Below, piece after piece: positions 1-9,529 of a stretch of DNA of 64,000 nucleotides. The position numbers and the translations under genes were made by a program. The stretch lies in contig OZ244621.1 in NCBI GenBank assembly GCA_965218425.1, forward strand, positions 1,920,001-1,984,000, written 5' to 3'. Below the pieces are notes generated by a model. That model saw only the letters and a program-made list of their open reading frames with translations, did not search any database and was not told where the DNA came from. Source of the stretch: an uncultured Candidatus Binatia bacterium. GTDB lineage: Bacteria; Desulfobacterota; Binatia; UBA9968; CAXXLF01. Positions within the stretch are counted from its first letter, which is position 1; every line of letters begins with the position of its first letter.

Positions 1-181
1 GAGACAGATGGAACCTGTCGTTCAGGCCGCTCTCCGGGTGGAACCGCAAGATGTCGCGGGATTCTATGTCCACCCAGAAGACCACCTTTTCACGGGGGTC
101 CCACACGGGCGATTCCCCGAGGATCGCTTGGCTTTTCAGAACGCACTCGACCCTGGCCTTATTTTGCGGTTGATTTGCCAT
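1..181 (-). CDS. SMP-30/gluconolactonase/LRE family protein, 5' part only (runs off the window)
   Basis: Minus-strand translation from ATG at 181: MANQPQNKARVECVLKSQAILGESPVWDPREKVVFWVDI; LGESPVW...WVDI is the family N-terminal motif. Confidence 0.8.
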   Translation of the reverse strand, partial: MANQPQNKARVECVLKSQAILGESPVWDPREKVVFWVDIESRDILRFHPESGLNDRFHLS

Positions 182-564
182 TTTGGTCCACTGGTTATGA
201 TAGGCGGCGCGGAGGGACGCCTTCATGCAGTCCCGTTCAAAAAAAGATTCCCGCCGGGCTCCCGTGTAGGCCCGCCGGGGGCGCCCCTGAAAGACCGTTT
301 ACTACCGGCGCCCGGATTGCCTGCATACCTCTAAGATAGCCTTCGGCAATCAGCCCATGGATTGCCCCTCGTTGCGGTGCGGGCTGAGCGGATTCCGGCG
401 CGGCCCTCTCTTCAAAGCCGTCGGCCTCTCTGAAGATGAAAAGCGCGCCGGCGGTTTGAGGAAACGACCACGGCGCGTTATAGTTCGTCGGGTCTATTGT
501 GCTATTTAACCGGCGTTTGGGCAACAGCTCGGCCGGACCCGGCCCCCGCGTTTAGGAATTTACC

Positions 565-1308
565 ATGGAGCAGGAACTCAAACCGGATAAGCTGGCGGTG
601 CTGATCGACGCCGATAACGCGTCGCCCGGCATTGTCACGGGCCTGATCTCGGAGATATCGAATTACGGGGTTCCATTGGTTAGTCGGGTCTACGGCGACT
701 GGACCCAGCCTCAGCTGAACTCGTGGAAACACGTGTTGCTTGGCCATGCGATACAACCCGTCCAGCAATTTCGATATACGGTTGGCAAGAACTCCACCGA
801 CAGCGCGATGATTATCGACGCCATGGACCTTCTATACTCGCGGCGGTTCCAGGGGTTCTGCCTTGTATCGAGCGACAGCGACTTTACCAGGCTCGCCTCT
901 CGAATTCGGGAAGAAGGACTTCGCGTTTACGGATTTGGCGAGAACAAGACACCGCGCGCCTTCGTGTCCGCATGCGACAAGTTCATATTCACGGAGATTC
1001 TCGTCCAGCCCGATAAATCGCAACCCGAGACCCGCCGAAAGACCACGGACCAGCTGAAACGCGATTCGAAGCTGATCGGACTGCTCAGCTCCGTTGTCGA
1101 AGCCGCCGCGGACGAGTCAGGCTGGGCTGATCATGGAACGGTCGCAAACCGGATCGCGCAGCGGTTTTCCGACTTCGATTCCCGTAATTACGGCTATGCG
1201 AAGCTGAGCGGGCTCATAGAAGCCACGCAGCTCTTTGACCTGGATAAGCGCGCAACGAGCGAAGAGGGTCACGTGCGGGTCCTGGTTCGAAAAAAGTCTG
1301 AAGACTGA
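565..1308 (+). CDS. NYN domain (LabA/DUF88, PIN-like) protein with C-terminal OST-HTH/LOTUS domain
   Basis: LAVLIDADN, RVYGDW, GKNSTDSAMIIDAMDLL, VSSDSDFTRLA, FDSRNYGYAKLS. Confidence 0.9.
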   Translation: MEQELKPDKLAVLIDADNASPGIVTGLISEISNYGVPLVSRVYGDWTQPQLNSWKHVLLGHAIQPVQQFRYTVGKNSTDSAMIIDAMDLLYSRRFQGFCLVSSDSDFTRLASRIREEGLRVYGFGENKTPRAFVSACDKFIFTEILVQPDKSQPETRRKTTDQLKRDSKLIGLLSSVVEAAADESGWADHGTVANRIAQRFSDFDSRNYGYAKLSGLIEATQLFDLDKRATSEEGHVRVLVRKKSED

Positions 1309-1375
1309 GCGTTCTGATTACCCCCCGGCGGCCCATGAGATCTGGATCGGCAAGAGTGTATATCGGCGGCGGTTC

Positions 1376-2395
1376 CTACTCGCCTTTCAGCATCCGGTCA
1401 AGTTTTTCCCGGTCTTTCTGGGACGGGTGCAGGAGTTTTCGCACGATGGGAAACGCCTCATCCGGCGAAAGGTAACCGATTACATATCCTTTTTTCTTGG
1501 CCTGATTCGTGAACTCGCGATCCCGTGTGACTTGCCTTAACGCCCACCTGAGGAACTCGACTCTTTCCTTCGGCACCCCTGGATTGGTTGCCATAAAGTA
1601 GCCTACTTCCCCGATTCTGATCCAGCTGTCCAACGGCTGAGGAATATTCTTGACGGTTTCATAGAGCGTGGGCGTATCAGGCGCCGCAGGGGCTCGCCTT
1701 TGTCCGATGTGCAATAACGGCACGACCAACCCGTCTTTGATGGCTGCGGCGTAAAGGTTCGCCCCATAGGCGGCCACGTCCACCTCTCCGCTCATCAGGG
1801 CCTGCCGCACCGAGGCGCTGCCCCGGTAGCCGGGAACGAACCTCACGTTGAGGCCCAACACCTCGCGTAGTGTGAGACCGATAAAATAATTGTTGCCGCC
1901 CAAGCGAGTCAGGCCCCATTGAAGGGGTTTATCGGCTCGCTTCAGATCCTGCAGCGATTTGAACCTCGGCTTATAAGCGAGAAGGGTGTTTTCCGTGGGG
2001 GCGACCACGCCGATCCAGTGCAATTTCTCCAGATCGTATTGAATACCCGCTCGCCCTGAAACCCTGCTGAGCGTTTGAGTCGAGCCGAGATGCCAACCCA
2101 CGGTCAATCCGTCCGGTCGGGTCCTGTTATAGAGATGATTGAACATGCCCACGCCGCTGCCCGCGGGCCGGTTCTGAAGCACGATTTTAGCGCCCGTATA
2201 CTTTTCGAAGAAAGGCGCGGTCAGCCGGGACGTTCCGTCCACGGATCCTCCCGGTGACGACCCGATCATCCAATTGATGGTCTTGCCGTTGTAAAAAGCC
2301 TTTGCCTTGGCCGGTTCTTTCTCGCCTGCGAAGCCTGCCTGTGCCGTGAGCAATGAAATCACGACCGCGATTACTGTCCCAGGTTTGCACTTCAT
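1376..2395 (-). CDS. Bug/TctC family tripartite tricarboxylate transporter substrate-binding protein
   Basis: Signal peptide; FYNGKTI..IGSSPGGSVD, NRPAGSG, PDGLT, GYRGS..VRQALMSGEVD. Confidence 0.88.
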   Translation of the reverse strand: MKCKPGTVIAVVISLLTAQAGFAGEKEPAKAKAFYNGKTINWMIGSSPGGSVDGTSRLTAPFFEKYTGAKIVLQNRPAGSGVGMFNHLYNRTRPDGLTVGWHLGSTQTLSRVSGRAGIQYDLEKLHWIGVVAPTENTLLAYKPRFKSLQDLKRADKPLQWGLTRLGGNNYFIGLTLREVLGLNVRFVPGYRGSASVRQALMSGEVDVAAYGANLYAAAIKDGLVVPLLHIGQRRAPAAPDTPTLYETVKNIPQPLDSWIRIGEVGYFMATNPGVPKERVEFLRWALRQVTRDREFTNQAKKKGYVIGYLSPDEAFPIVRKLLHPSQKDREKLDRMLKGE

Positions 2396-2703
2396 CCGAT
2401 TCTCCTTTCGGGAGCGGCCTTTGGCGGTATCCGTCCCCGGCGAGAGTAGGTTACTCGAATTGAGCGCCTCGAGTCAATCCTCTATGGAAGGTTGGAAGAC
2501 GCGTCATAGGGGTCGCCTTGAAAAATGCCGTATTCAAGGTGTTCGACCTTTCGCGCCCCGGTTTCGATTTAACGGCCCTTTCAGGGCCGTTTTTCGAGCC
2601 CTGAACGCCCCGGAAGAAGGTGGGATGTTCCAGGCTCGCACATGCGGCAAGGGGGGCGGCCGTATTGAAATTCCCTCCGTTGATTCGCCCGTCATGCCCC
2701 GGC

Positions 2704-2893
2704 TTTATCTGGTTCCTCTAAGACGGCCGGATCTATCTGGCCGACAACGCCGCCGAGCGGGCGCTGCAAGGTATTGCGCTCGGCAGAAAATCGCGGCTTC
2801 TCGCCGACTCCGATCACGGTATCGACGGTGCGGCCCTGGAAGGAGTGACGGTAGACGCCCAGGCCCTGTCGATATGGCGCGGTTGCGGCTTAC
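2704..2893 (+). pseudogene. IS66-family transposase (TnpC) remnant with possible right end
   Basis: 2722-2820 translates DGRIYLADNAAERALQGIALGRKSRLLADSDHG (IS66 NN.AERALR.IALGRK..LFAGSD.G motif); in-frame stop just before; segment ends ...CGGCTTAC at 2893, like IS66 GTAAG termini. Confidence 0.75.
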
Positions 2894-2930
2894 CGTTGCG
2901 CATGGCGGGACAGGTGGTAGATTGAAAAGC

Positions 2931-5381
2931 ATGGACAAGAAAAGCCTCAGCGAACGTGACATCTGCACCAAGTTCATCACACCCGCCCTGCGCAAAGCCG
3001 GATGGGACGAGATGGCGCAGATCCGCGAGGAGGTGAGCTTCACCAGGGGCCGCATCATCGTGCGCGGCAAGCTGGTCAGCAGGGGCGTGGGCAAGCGGGC
3101 CGACTACATCCTCTATTACAAGCCCAACATCCCCGTCGCCCTGATCGAGGCCAAGGACAACGCCCACGCCATCGGCGACGGCATGCAGCAGGGGCTGGAC
3201 TACGCCGAGGCCCTGCATATCCCCTTCGTGTTTTCCTCCAATGGCGACGGCTTCGTCTTCCACGACCGGACGGGCGCGGCTGCCGAGAGGGAAACCACCC
3301 TCGGCCTTGACGCCTTCCCATCGCCGGCAGACCTGTGGGCGCGCTACCGCGCCTGGAAGGAGCTCACGCCCGAGTCCGAGGCCGTCGTCCTCCAGGACTA
3401 CTTCGATGACAGCGGCGGCAAGGCCCCGCGCTACTACCAGGTCAATGCCGTCAACGCGGCCATCGAGGCCATCGCCAGGGGGCGCGAACGCATCCTTTTG
3501 GTCATGGCCACCGGCACCGGCAAGACCTATACGGCTTTTCAAATCATCTGGCGGCTTTGGAAGGCGGGCCGCAAGAAGCGCATCCTGTTTCTGGCCGACC
3601 GCAACGTGTTGATCGACCAGACCATGGTCAACGACTTCCGGCCTTTCGGCGCGGCAATGGCGAAGCTCTCGACGAAAGCCAAGACCATCGAACGCTTGGA
3701 CGGCTCTTCCGAGGACCTGACCAACGCCATCGACGGAAGACGGCGTATCGACACCGCCTACGAGGTCTATCTGGGTCTCTATCAGGCGATCACCGGGCCG
3801 GAGGAACATCAGAAGATTTTCCGCGAGTTCTCGCCCGGCTTCTTCGATCTCATCGTGATCGACGAGTGCCATCGGGGCAGCGCCGCCGAGGACTCCGCCT
3901 GGCGGGAGATCCTGGAGTACTTCTCGTCGGCCACGCAGATCGGCCTGACCGCCACCCCGAAGGAGACCAGATACGCCTCCAACATCCATTACTTCGGCGA
4001 GCCGGTCTATTCCTATTCCCTGAAGCAGGGCATCCAGGACGGTTTCCTCGCCCCCTACAAGGTCATCAAGGTACATATCGACCGTGATGTGGAAGGCTAC
4101 CGCCCGGAGAAGGGGCAGCTTGATCGAGACGGCATCGAAGTCGAGGACCGTCTCTACAACACCGGGGACTTCGACCGCACGCTGGTCCTGGACGAGCGGA
4201 CCAAGCTCGTGGCCCGGAAGGTCACGACGTTCCTGAAGGAAAGCGGAGACCGCTTCCAGAAAGCGATCGTCTTCTGCGTCGACCAGGAACACGCGGCCCG
4301 GATGCGTCAGGCTCTGATCAACGAGAACGCCGACCTGGTGGAAAAGGTCCACCGCTACGTGATGCGCATCACCGCCAACGATGCGGAAGGGCAGGGGCAG
4401 CTCGACAACTTCATCGACCCGGAATCGAGATACCCCGTGCTGGTCACCACATCGCGGCTCCTTTCCACCGGCGTCGACGTCCAGACCTGCCGGCTCATCG
4501 TGCTCGACCGAGAGGTGGGCTCCATGACCGAGTTCAAGCAGATCGTCGGGCGCGGCACCCGCGTGCATGAGGACACCCGCAAGCTCTACTTCACCCTGAT
4601 GGACTTTAGAGGCGCGACCGGCCATTTCGCCGATCCGGATTTCGACGGCGAACCGGTTCAGATTTACGAGCCTGGCAAAGACGATCCGATGACGCCGCCC
4701 GAAGATAATCCGCCTACGGACGACTGCGTTTACCCCATACAGTCGGAAACGGGTGATGACAACCCCGTCGTTAAAGACCCGCCCGACACCACCGCGCCGA
4801 ATACCGGCGGTGGCGTTCGCAAAGTCTATGTGGACGGTGTCGCCGCGATGATCATTGCCGAGCGGGTGGAATATCTCGACGAGAACGGCAAGCTCGTCAC
4901 CGAGTCCCTGCGCGACTTCACCAAAAAGGCGCTGAGGAAGCGCTTCGCCAGTCTGGACGACTTCCTGAGGCGCTGGAAAGCCGCCGAACGCAAGCAGGCG
5001 ATCGTCGAGGAACTGGCAGTCGAGGGCCTGCCGCTCGACATCATCACCGAAGAACTGGGCAATGACCTCGATCCCTTCGACCTCATCTGTCACGTCGCCT
5101 TCGACGCCAAGCCGCTGACCCGGCGCGAGCGAGCCGAGAACGTCAAGAAACGGGACGTGTTCAGCAAATACGGGGACCGGGCCCGCGCCGTGCTGGATGC
5201 TCTACTCGCCAAATACGCCGACGAGGGCGTGCTCAACTTGGATGACGCCAACGTGCTGCGCATCCCGCCCTTCACCCGACTCGGCACGCCGGTGCAGTTG
5301 ATCGGGGCCTTCGGCGGGCTGGAAGACTTCGTCGAGGCCGTCCACGAGCTTCAATCCGCCCTCTATCGAGAGTCCGCTTAG
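2931..5381 (+). CDS. hsdR: Type I restriction enzyme R subunit, EcoAI/EcoEI-like
   Basis: ATG at 2931 (MDKKSLSERDICTKFITPAL); ADYILY..IEAK nuclease motif, MATGTGKT Walker A, DECHRG, QIVGRGTR, EcoEI_R_C-like tail. Confidence 0.95.
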   Translation: MDKKSLSERDICTKFITPALRKAGWDEMAQIREEVSFTRGRIIVRGKLVSRGVGKRADYILYYKPNIPVALIEAKDNAHAIGDGMQQGLDYAEALHIPFVFSSNGDGFVFHDRTGAAAERETTLGLDAFPSPADLWARYRAWKELTPESEAVVLQDYFDDSGGKAPRYYQVNAVNAAIEAIARGRERILLVMATGTGKTYTAFQIIWRLWKAGRKKRILFLADRNVLIDQTMVNDFRPFGAAMAKLSTKAKTIERLDGSSEDLTNAIDGRRRIDTAYEVYLGLYQAITGPEEHQKIFREFSPGFFDLIVIDECHRGSAAEDSAWREILEYFSSATQIGLTATPKETRYASNIHYFGEPVYSYSLKQGIQDGFLAPYKVIKVHIDRDVEGYRPEKGQLDRDGIEVEDRLYNTGDFDRTLVLDERTKLVARKVTTFLKESGDRFQKAIVFCVDQEHAARMRQALINENADLVEKVHRYVMRITANDAEGQGQLDNFIDPESRYPVLVTTSRLLSTGVDVQTCRLIVLDREVGSMTEFKQIVGRGTRVHEDTRKLYFTLMDFRGATGHFADPDFDGEPVQIYEPGKDDPMTPPEDNPPTDDCVYPIQSETGDDNPVVKDPPDTTAPNTGGGVRKVYVDGVAAMIIAERVEYLDENGKLVTESLRDFTKKALRKRFASLDDFLRRWKAAERKQAIVEELAVEGLPLDIITEELGNDLDPFDLICHVAFDAKPLTRRERAENVKKRDVFSKYGDRARAVLDALLAKYADEGVLNLDDANVLRIPPFTRLGTPVQLIGAFGGLEDFVEAVHELQSALYRESA

Positions 5382-5384
5382 CCC

Positions 5385-6842
5385 ATGTCCGTCCGCACCC
5401 TCGTCAAATCCATCCAGAACATCATGCGCCAGGACACCGGCGTGGACGGCGACGCCCAGCGCATCAGCCAGTTGTGCTGGATGTTCTTCCTCAAGATCAT
5501 CGACGATCAGGACAGGGAACTGGAAGTGATGCAGGGCAATTACAGGTCTCCGATTCCAGAGAAGTTCCAGTGGCGCAAGTGGGCGGCGGACCCCGAGGGC
5601 GTCACCGGCGAAGAGCTGCTCGCTTTCGTTAACGACGACCTGTTCCCGGCCCTGAAGAACCTCCGGACGACGGGACATCCCGCCGACCGCCGCCGCGTCG
5701 TCGGCGGCGTGTTCGAGGACGCCCATAACTACATGAAGTCCGGCCAGTTGATGCGCCAGGTGGTCAACAAGATCAACGAGGTCGATTTCAACAACCTGAC
5801 CGAACGCCAGCATTTCGGCGACATCTACGAGCAGATCCTCAACGACCTGCAATCGGCGGGCAACGCCGGCGAGTACTACACGCCGCGCGCCGTCACCGCC
5901 TTCATGGTGGACCGCATCGACCCGAAACTTGGCGAGACCCTGTTCGACCCCGCCTGCGGCACCGGCGGCTTCCTCACCTGTTCGCTGCGCCACATGCGCG
6001 GGCGCTACGTGAAGCGGCCCGAGGATGAGCAGACCATGCAGGCAACGCTCCGCGCGGTGGAGAAGAAGCAGCTCCCGCACATGCTCTGCGTCACCAACAT
6101 GCTGCTGCACGGCATCGAGGACCCTGGGTTCGTGCGCCACGACAACACCCTGGCCCGCCCCTATATCGGCTGGGAGCAAAAGGACCGCGTGGACATCGTG
6201 CTCACCAACCCGCCCTTCGGCGGCAAGGAGGAGGACGGCATCGAGTCGAACTTCCCGCAACACTTCCGCACTCGCGAGACGGCGGACCTGTTCCTCGCTC
6301 TCATCATCCGCCTGCTGAAGCCGGGCGGGCGCGCCGCTGTGGTGCTGCCCGACGGATCGCTGTTCGGCGAGGGAGTAAAGACCCGCCTCAAGGAACACCT
6401 GATGGAGGAGTGCAACCTCCACACCATCGTCCGCCTGCCCAACTCCGTGTTCCGCCCTTATGCCTCCATCGGAACCAATTTGCTGTTCTTCGAGAAGGGC
6501 GAGCCGACCGGGGACATCTGGTTCTACGAGCACTTGGTGCCCGAGGGTCAGAAGGCCTACTCCATGACCAGGCCCATCCGCTTCGAGCATTTGCAAGGCT
6601 GCATCGACTGGTGGGGCGGGGCGGCGCGCAAGGGCCGGAAGGAGACCGAGCGGGCCTGGAAGGTGACGGCCGGCGAGGTCAAGGCGCGCGGCTACAACCT
6701 CGACATCAAGAACCCGCACACGCAAGGCGGCGACCACGGCGATCCCGACGAGCTTGTGAAGAAACTAAACGCCTCTGAGGGCGAAACGGCGTCCTTGCGC
6801 GATCGGTTGAAGGCGATCCTGGCCGAGGCGCTCATGCGATGA
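5385..6842 (+). CDS. hsdM: Type I RM N6-adenine methyltransferase subunit
   Basis: IMRQDTGVDGDAQR, GEYYTPR, DPACGTGGF, NPPF. Confidence 0.96.
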   Translation: MSVRTLVKSIQNIMRQDTGVDGDAQRISQLCWMFFLKIIDDQDRELEVMQGNYRSPIPEKFQWRKWAADPEGVTGEELLAFVNDDLFPALKNLRTTGHPADRRRVVGGVFEDAHNYMKSGQLMRQVVNKINEVDFNNLTERQHFGDIYEQILNDLQSAGNAGEYYTPRAVTAFMVDRIDPKLGETLFDPACGTGGFLTCSLRHMRGRYVKRPEDEQTMQATLRAVEKKQLPHMLCVTNMLLHGIEDPGFVRHDNTLARPYIGWEQKDRVDIVLTNPPFGGKEEDGIESNFPQHFRTRETADLFLALIIRLLKPGGRAAVVLPDGSLFGEGVKTRLKEHLMEECNLHTIVRLPNSVFRPYASIGTNLLFFEKGEPTGDIWFYEHLVPEGQKAYSMTRPIRFEHLQGCIDWWGGAARKGRKETERAWKVTAGEVKARGYNLDIKNPHTQGGDHGDPDELVKKLNASEGETASLRDRLKAILAEALMR

Positions 6843-8614
6843 ACGCCGAACGACTGCTGGCCCATTACGAAAGGATTGCCGATGCGCCTGATGCGATTGC
6901 GCGATTGCGTAGATTCATTCTCGACCTGGCCGTGCGGGGCAAGCTGGTGGAGCAGGACCCGAACGACGAACCGGCGTCGGAGCTGTTGAAGCGGATCGCG
7001 GCGGAAAAGGCGCGGTTGGTGAAAGCTGGGGAGATCAAAAAGATCGCAGTAGACCCTACTGATCTAAACAACGCGCCGTTTCACCTTCCACTTGATTGGA
7101 CTTGGTCAACTGTCGGAGAGCTTATGCACGTCGAGATGGGGCAGTCGCCTCCATCTGAACACTATAATCAATCAGGAGATGGCTTGCCGTTTTATCAGGG
7201 CAAGACGGATTTTGGTCCCCGACACCCTTCACCCAGATACTGGTGCACCCAACCAAGAAAGCTCGGGCTTTCAGGAGACATTTTGATCTCTGTACGTGCC
7301 CCTGTGGGTCCTACAAATCTAACCGAAAAAAAGTGCTGTATTGGACGTGGGTTGGCTGCCCTGAGACCATACGCTGGCGTGGACACAGACTTTGCCCTCA
7401 TCTCATTAAGGGCATTCGAACCGAGCATTGCGGCCATGGGATTCGGATCGACATTTGTTGCTATCAACAAGAGGCAATTAGCCCTTTTTCTATTCCCCCT
7501 CCCACCACTCGCCGAACAGCACTGCATCGTCGCCAAGGTCGATGAACTGATGGCCCTCTGCGACCGGTTGGAGGCGGAGCGGACGGAGCGGGAGGCCACG
7601 CGTGACAGACTTGCATCAGCAAGCCTCGCCCGTCTCGACACGCCCGATCCCGACCCGGTCACATTCCGAAACCACGCCGCCTTCGCCCTCGGCAACCTCA
7701 CCCCCCTCACCACCCGCCTCGACCAGCTCAAGGCCCTCCGCCAGACCATCCTCAATCTCGCCGTCCGCGGCAAGCTGGTGGAACAGGACCCGAACGACGA
7801 ACCGGCGTCGGAATTGTTGAAGCGGATCACGGTGGAACGAAACGATCTTGTGGCACAGAAAACCATCCGCCCAGAGAAACCCTCAGATGCAATTGATGCA
7901 GACGAGCCCCCGTTTAAGGTCCCGAGCGGATGGGAATGGTCACGCATCGGAAATGCGGTGCTTTTCAGCCAATACGGCACATCAACAAAGTCCTCCCCTT
8001 CGGAGCAAGGCGTTCCCGTGCTTACTATGGGCGATATCCAGGACGGCTTCGTCGTTTGGCGGAATGAAAAGAGGATTCCGTACTCGGCGGAAAAACTTCC
8101 CGCATTGTACCTGAAGCAGTTTGACTTGTTATATAACCGGACCAACAGTGCGGAACTTGTGGGGAAAACGGGCATCTACCTCGGCGAAGATGATTGTATG
8201 ACGTTTGCCTCTTATCTGATTCGCGTGAGGGTTTCCAGTGAGCACTTCTCCCCTCATTTCCTAAATTTGACAATGAACACACCTGAGTTTCGCGAAACCC
8301 AGATCGTGCCACTGATTAAGAAGCAAACGGGACAAGCGAACGTTAACGGGACTGCATTGAAGCATATGTTGGTTCCAGTTCCACCCCTCGCCGAGCAGCA
8401 CCGCATCGTCGCCAAGGTCGATGAACTGATGGCGCTTTGCGACCGACTAGAGGCGAGCCTCTCCACCGGCGACGACACCCGCCGCCGCCTGCTCGACGCC
8501 CTGCTGCACGAAGCGCTGGGATCGGGCGCAGAGAAAACCCAGCAGGATATCCCCATGATCGCTCAAAATACGTCTGCTCCCTCAAAAGTTAGGCAGACTC
8601 TACATTCATGCTGA
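6839..8614 (+). CDS. hsdS: Type I RM specificity subunit (two TRDs)
   Basis: ATGA overlap with hsdM; duplicated LAVRGKLVEQDPNDEPASELLKRI and PPLAEQH.IVAKVDELMALCDRLE blocks around two variable domains. Confidence 0.95.
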   Translation: MNAERLLAHYERIADAPDAIARLRRFILDLAVRGKLVEQDPNDEPASELLKRIAAEKARLVKAGEIKKIAVDPTDLNNAPFHLPLDWTWSTVGELMHVEMGQSPPSEHYNQSGDGLPFYQGKTDFGPRHPSPRYWCTQPRKLGLSGDILISVRAPVGPTNLTEKKCCIGRGLAALRPYAGVDTDFALISLRAFEPSIAAMGFGSTFVAINKRQLALFLFPLPPLAEQHCIVAKVDELMALCDRLEAERTEREATRDRLASASLARLDTPDPDPVTFRNHAAFALGNLTPLTTRLDQLKALRQTILNLAVRGKLVEQDPNDEPASELLKRITVERNDLVAQKTIRPEKPSDAIDADEPPFKVPSGWEWSRIGNAVLFSQYGTSTKSSPSEQGVPVLTMGDIQDGFVVWRNEKRIPYSAEKLPALYLKQFDLLYNRTNSAELVGKTGIYLGEDDCMTFASYLIRVRVSSEHFSPHFLNLTMNTPEFRETQIVPLIKKQTGQANVNGTALKHMLVPVPPLAEQHRIVAKVDELMALCDRLEASLSTGDDTRRRLLDALLHEALGSGAEKTQQDIPMIAQNTSAPSKVRQTLHSC

Positions 8615-8639
8615 GGGAGTTTCCGGGGGGCAAGTCAGA

Positions 8640-9221
8640 ATGAACACCATTAGTAGGCAGAAATACGTTGAGAGTCTTGAATCTGAAGTTCAAAGATACA
8701 AGGGAATTCTCGAAAACTTATTCGGTCCGTGTGATCCGAGATTCGTTTTCGGCACCATTCGGAAATCGGAGGACGACACGCCAAGAACATTTTTCCCCGC
8801 TAGGTACCACACCGAGGGCGGGTGCATTGTTGATATCCACATCTCCGATTTCCCTTGGGAACACTGCTCTCCCGATCAAGGAAAGTGGCAGGTTGCTCAT
8901 GAATGCGTGCATCTTCTAGATCCTGGGATTGGTGGTACCGCGAATTTTCTTGAAGAAGGCTTGGCGACGTGGTTTCAGAATGAACCACGGTTCCACGACG
9001 ATGCGGTCAGGCAATACATCGCACGGAATACCAGAACTCTCCTCTACGATGCAGCAAAAGACCTCGTTCTCCGCTGCATGCCGCAACTGACCACGGCAGT
9101 GAAGGAAATCAGGGAATCTAGCAAGAGGATCCGAGAGATTTCACCAGATGTGCTTGCTGCCCGTTTGCCGCATGTTGATAGGGAGACGGTCAATAGTCTG
9201 TGCGTTGCATTCCCAGCTTGA
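8640..9221 (+). CDS. Hypothetical zinc metallopeptidase-like protein (HExxH...EEG)
   Basis: WQVAHECVHLL followed by LEEGLATWF; starts 25 bp after hsdS. Confidence 0.7.
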   Translation: MNTISRQKYVESLESEVQRYKGILENLFGPCDPRFVFGTIRKSEDDTPRTFFPARYHTEGGCIVDIHISDFPWEHCSPDQGKWQVAHECVHLLDPGIGGTANFLEEGLATWFQNEPRFHDDAVRQYIARNTRTLLYDAAKDLVLRCMPQLTTAVKEIRESSKRIREISPDVLAARLPHVDRETVNSLCVAFPA

Positions 9222-9311
9222 TCAGGCCGGTTTCTTGTAACGAAGTGACTTCCCAAAGAGAGGCCGGACCAGCCGCACGGGTCGTCGAGCGTAATGGGGA
9301 TGTTCAGGCAC

Positions 9312-9490
9312 GCCTTCTTGCTATTCTGGGTTTCCTTCTATTTCGGATTCCAACTTGTATTGCACCAATTCTCTATTGGAATGTCCTGTTCATCTGGACG
9401 CGGTGTTCCAAAGCATGGGGTCTTCTCCTCTCAGGTTTCATGGCCCCTACAACCGCCATCCTGCCGGAGCTTGACGCCTTTGTCTTTGTT
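9312..9490 (-). repeat. Island repeat copy A (promoter module + IS110-type leader, end truncated)
   Basis: Aligns by eye with 12537-12722, 23241-23428 and 24968-25155. Confidence 0.9.
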
Positions 9491-9529
9491 CAATAACTTT
9501 TGAGAAGGCGAGATGAATCATGTCATGTG

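Noticed and set aside
2307..2930. 208-aa N-terminal extension of HsdR in the ORF track
   Set aside because: Runs through the Bug gene start, module Y and the IS66 scar; the family-typical start is MDKKSLSE at 2931.
2814..6737. Long antisense ORFs (759 aa, 511 aa)
   Set aside because: Shadow frames of GC-rich hsdR/hsdM with no motifs of their own.
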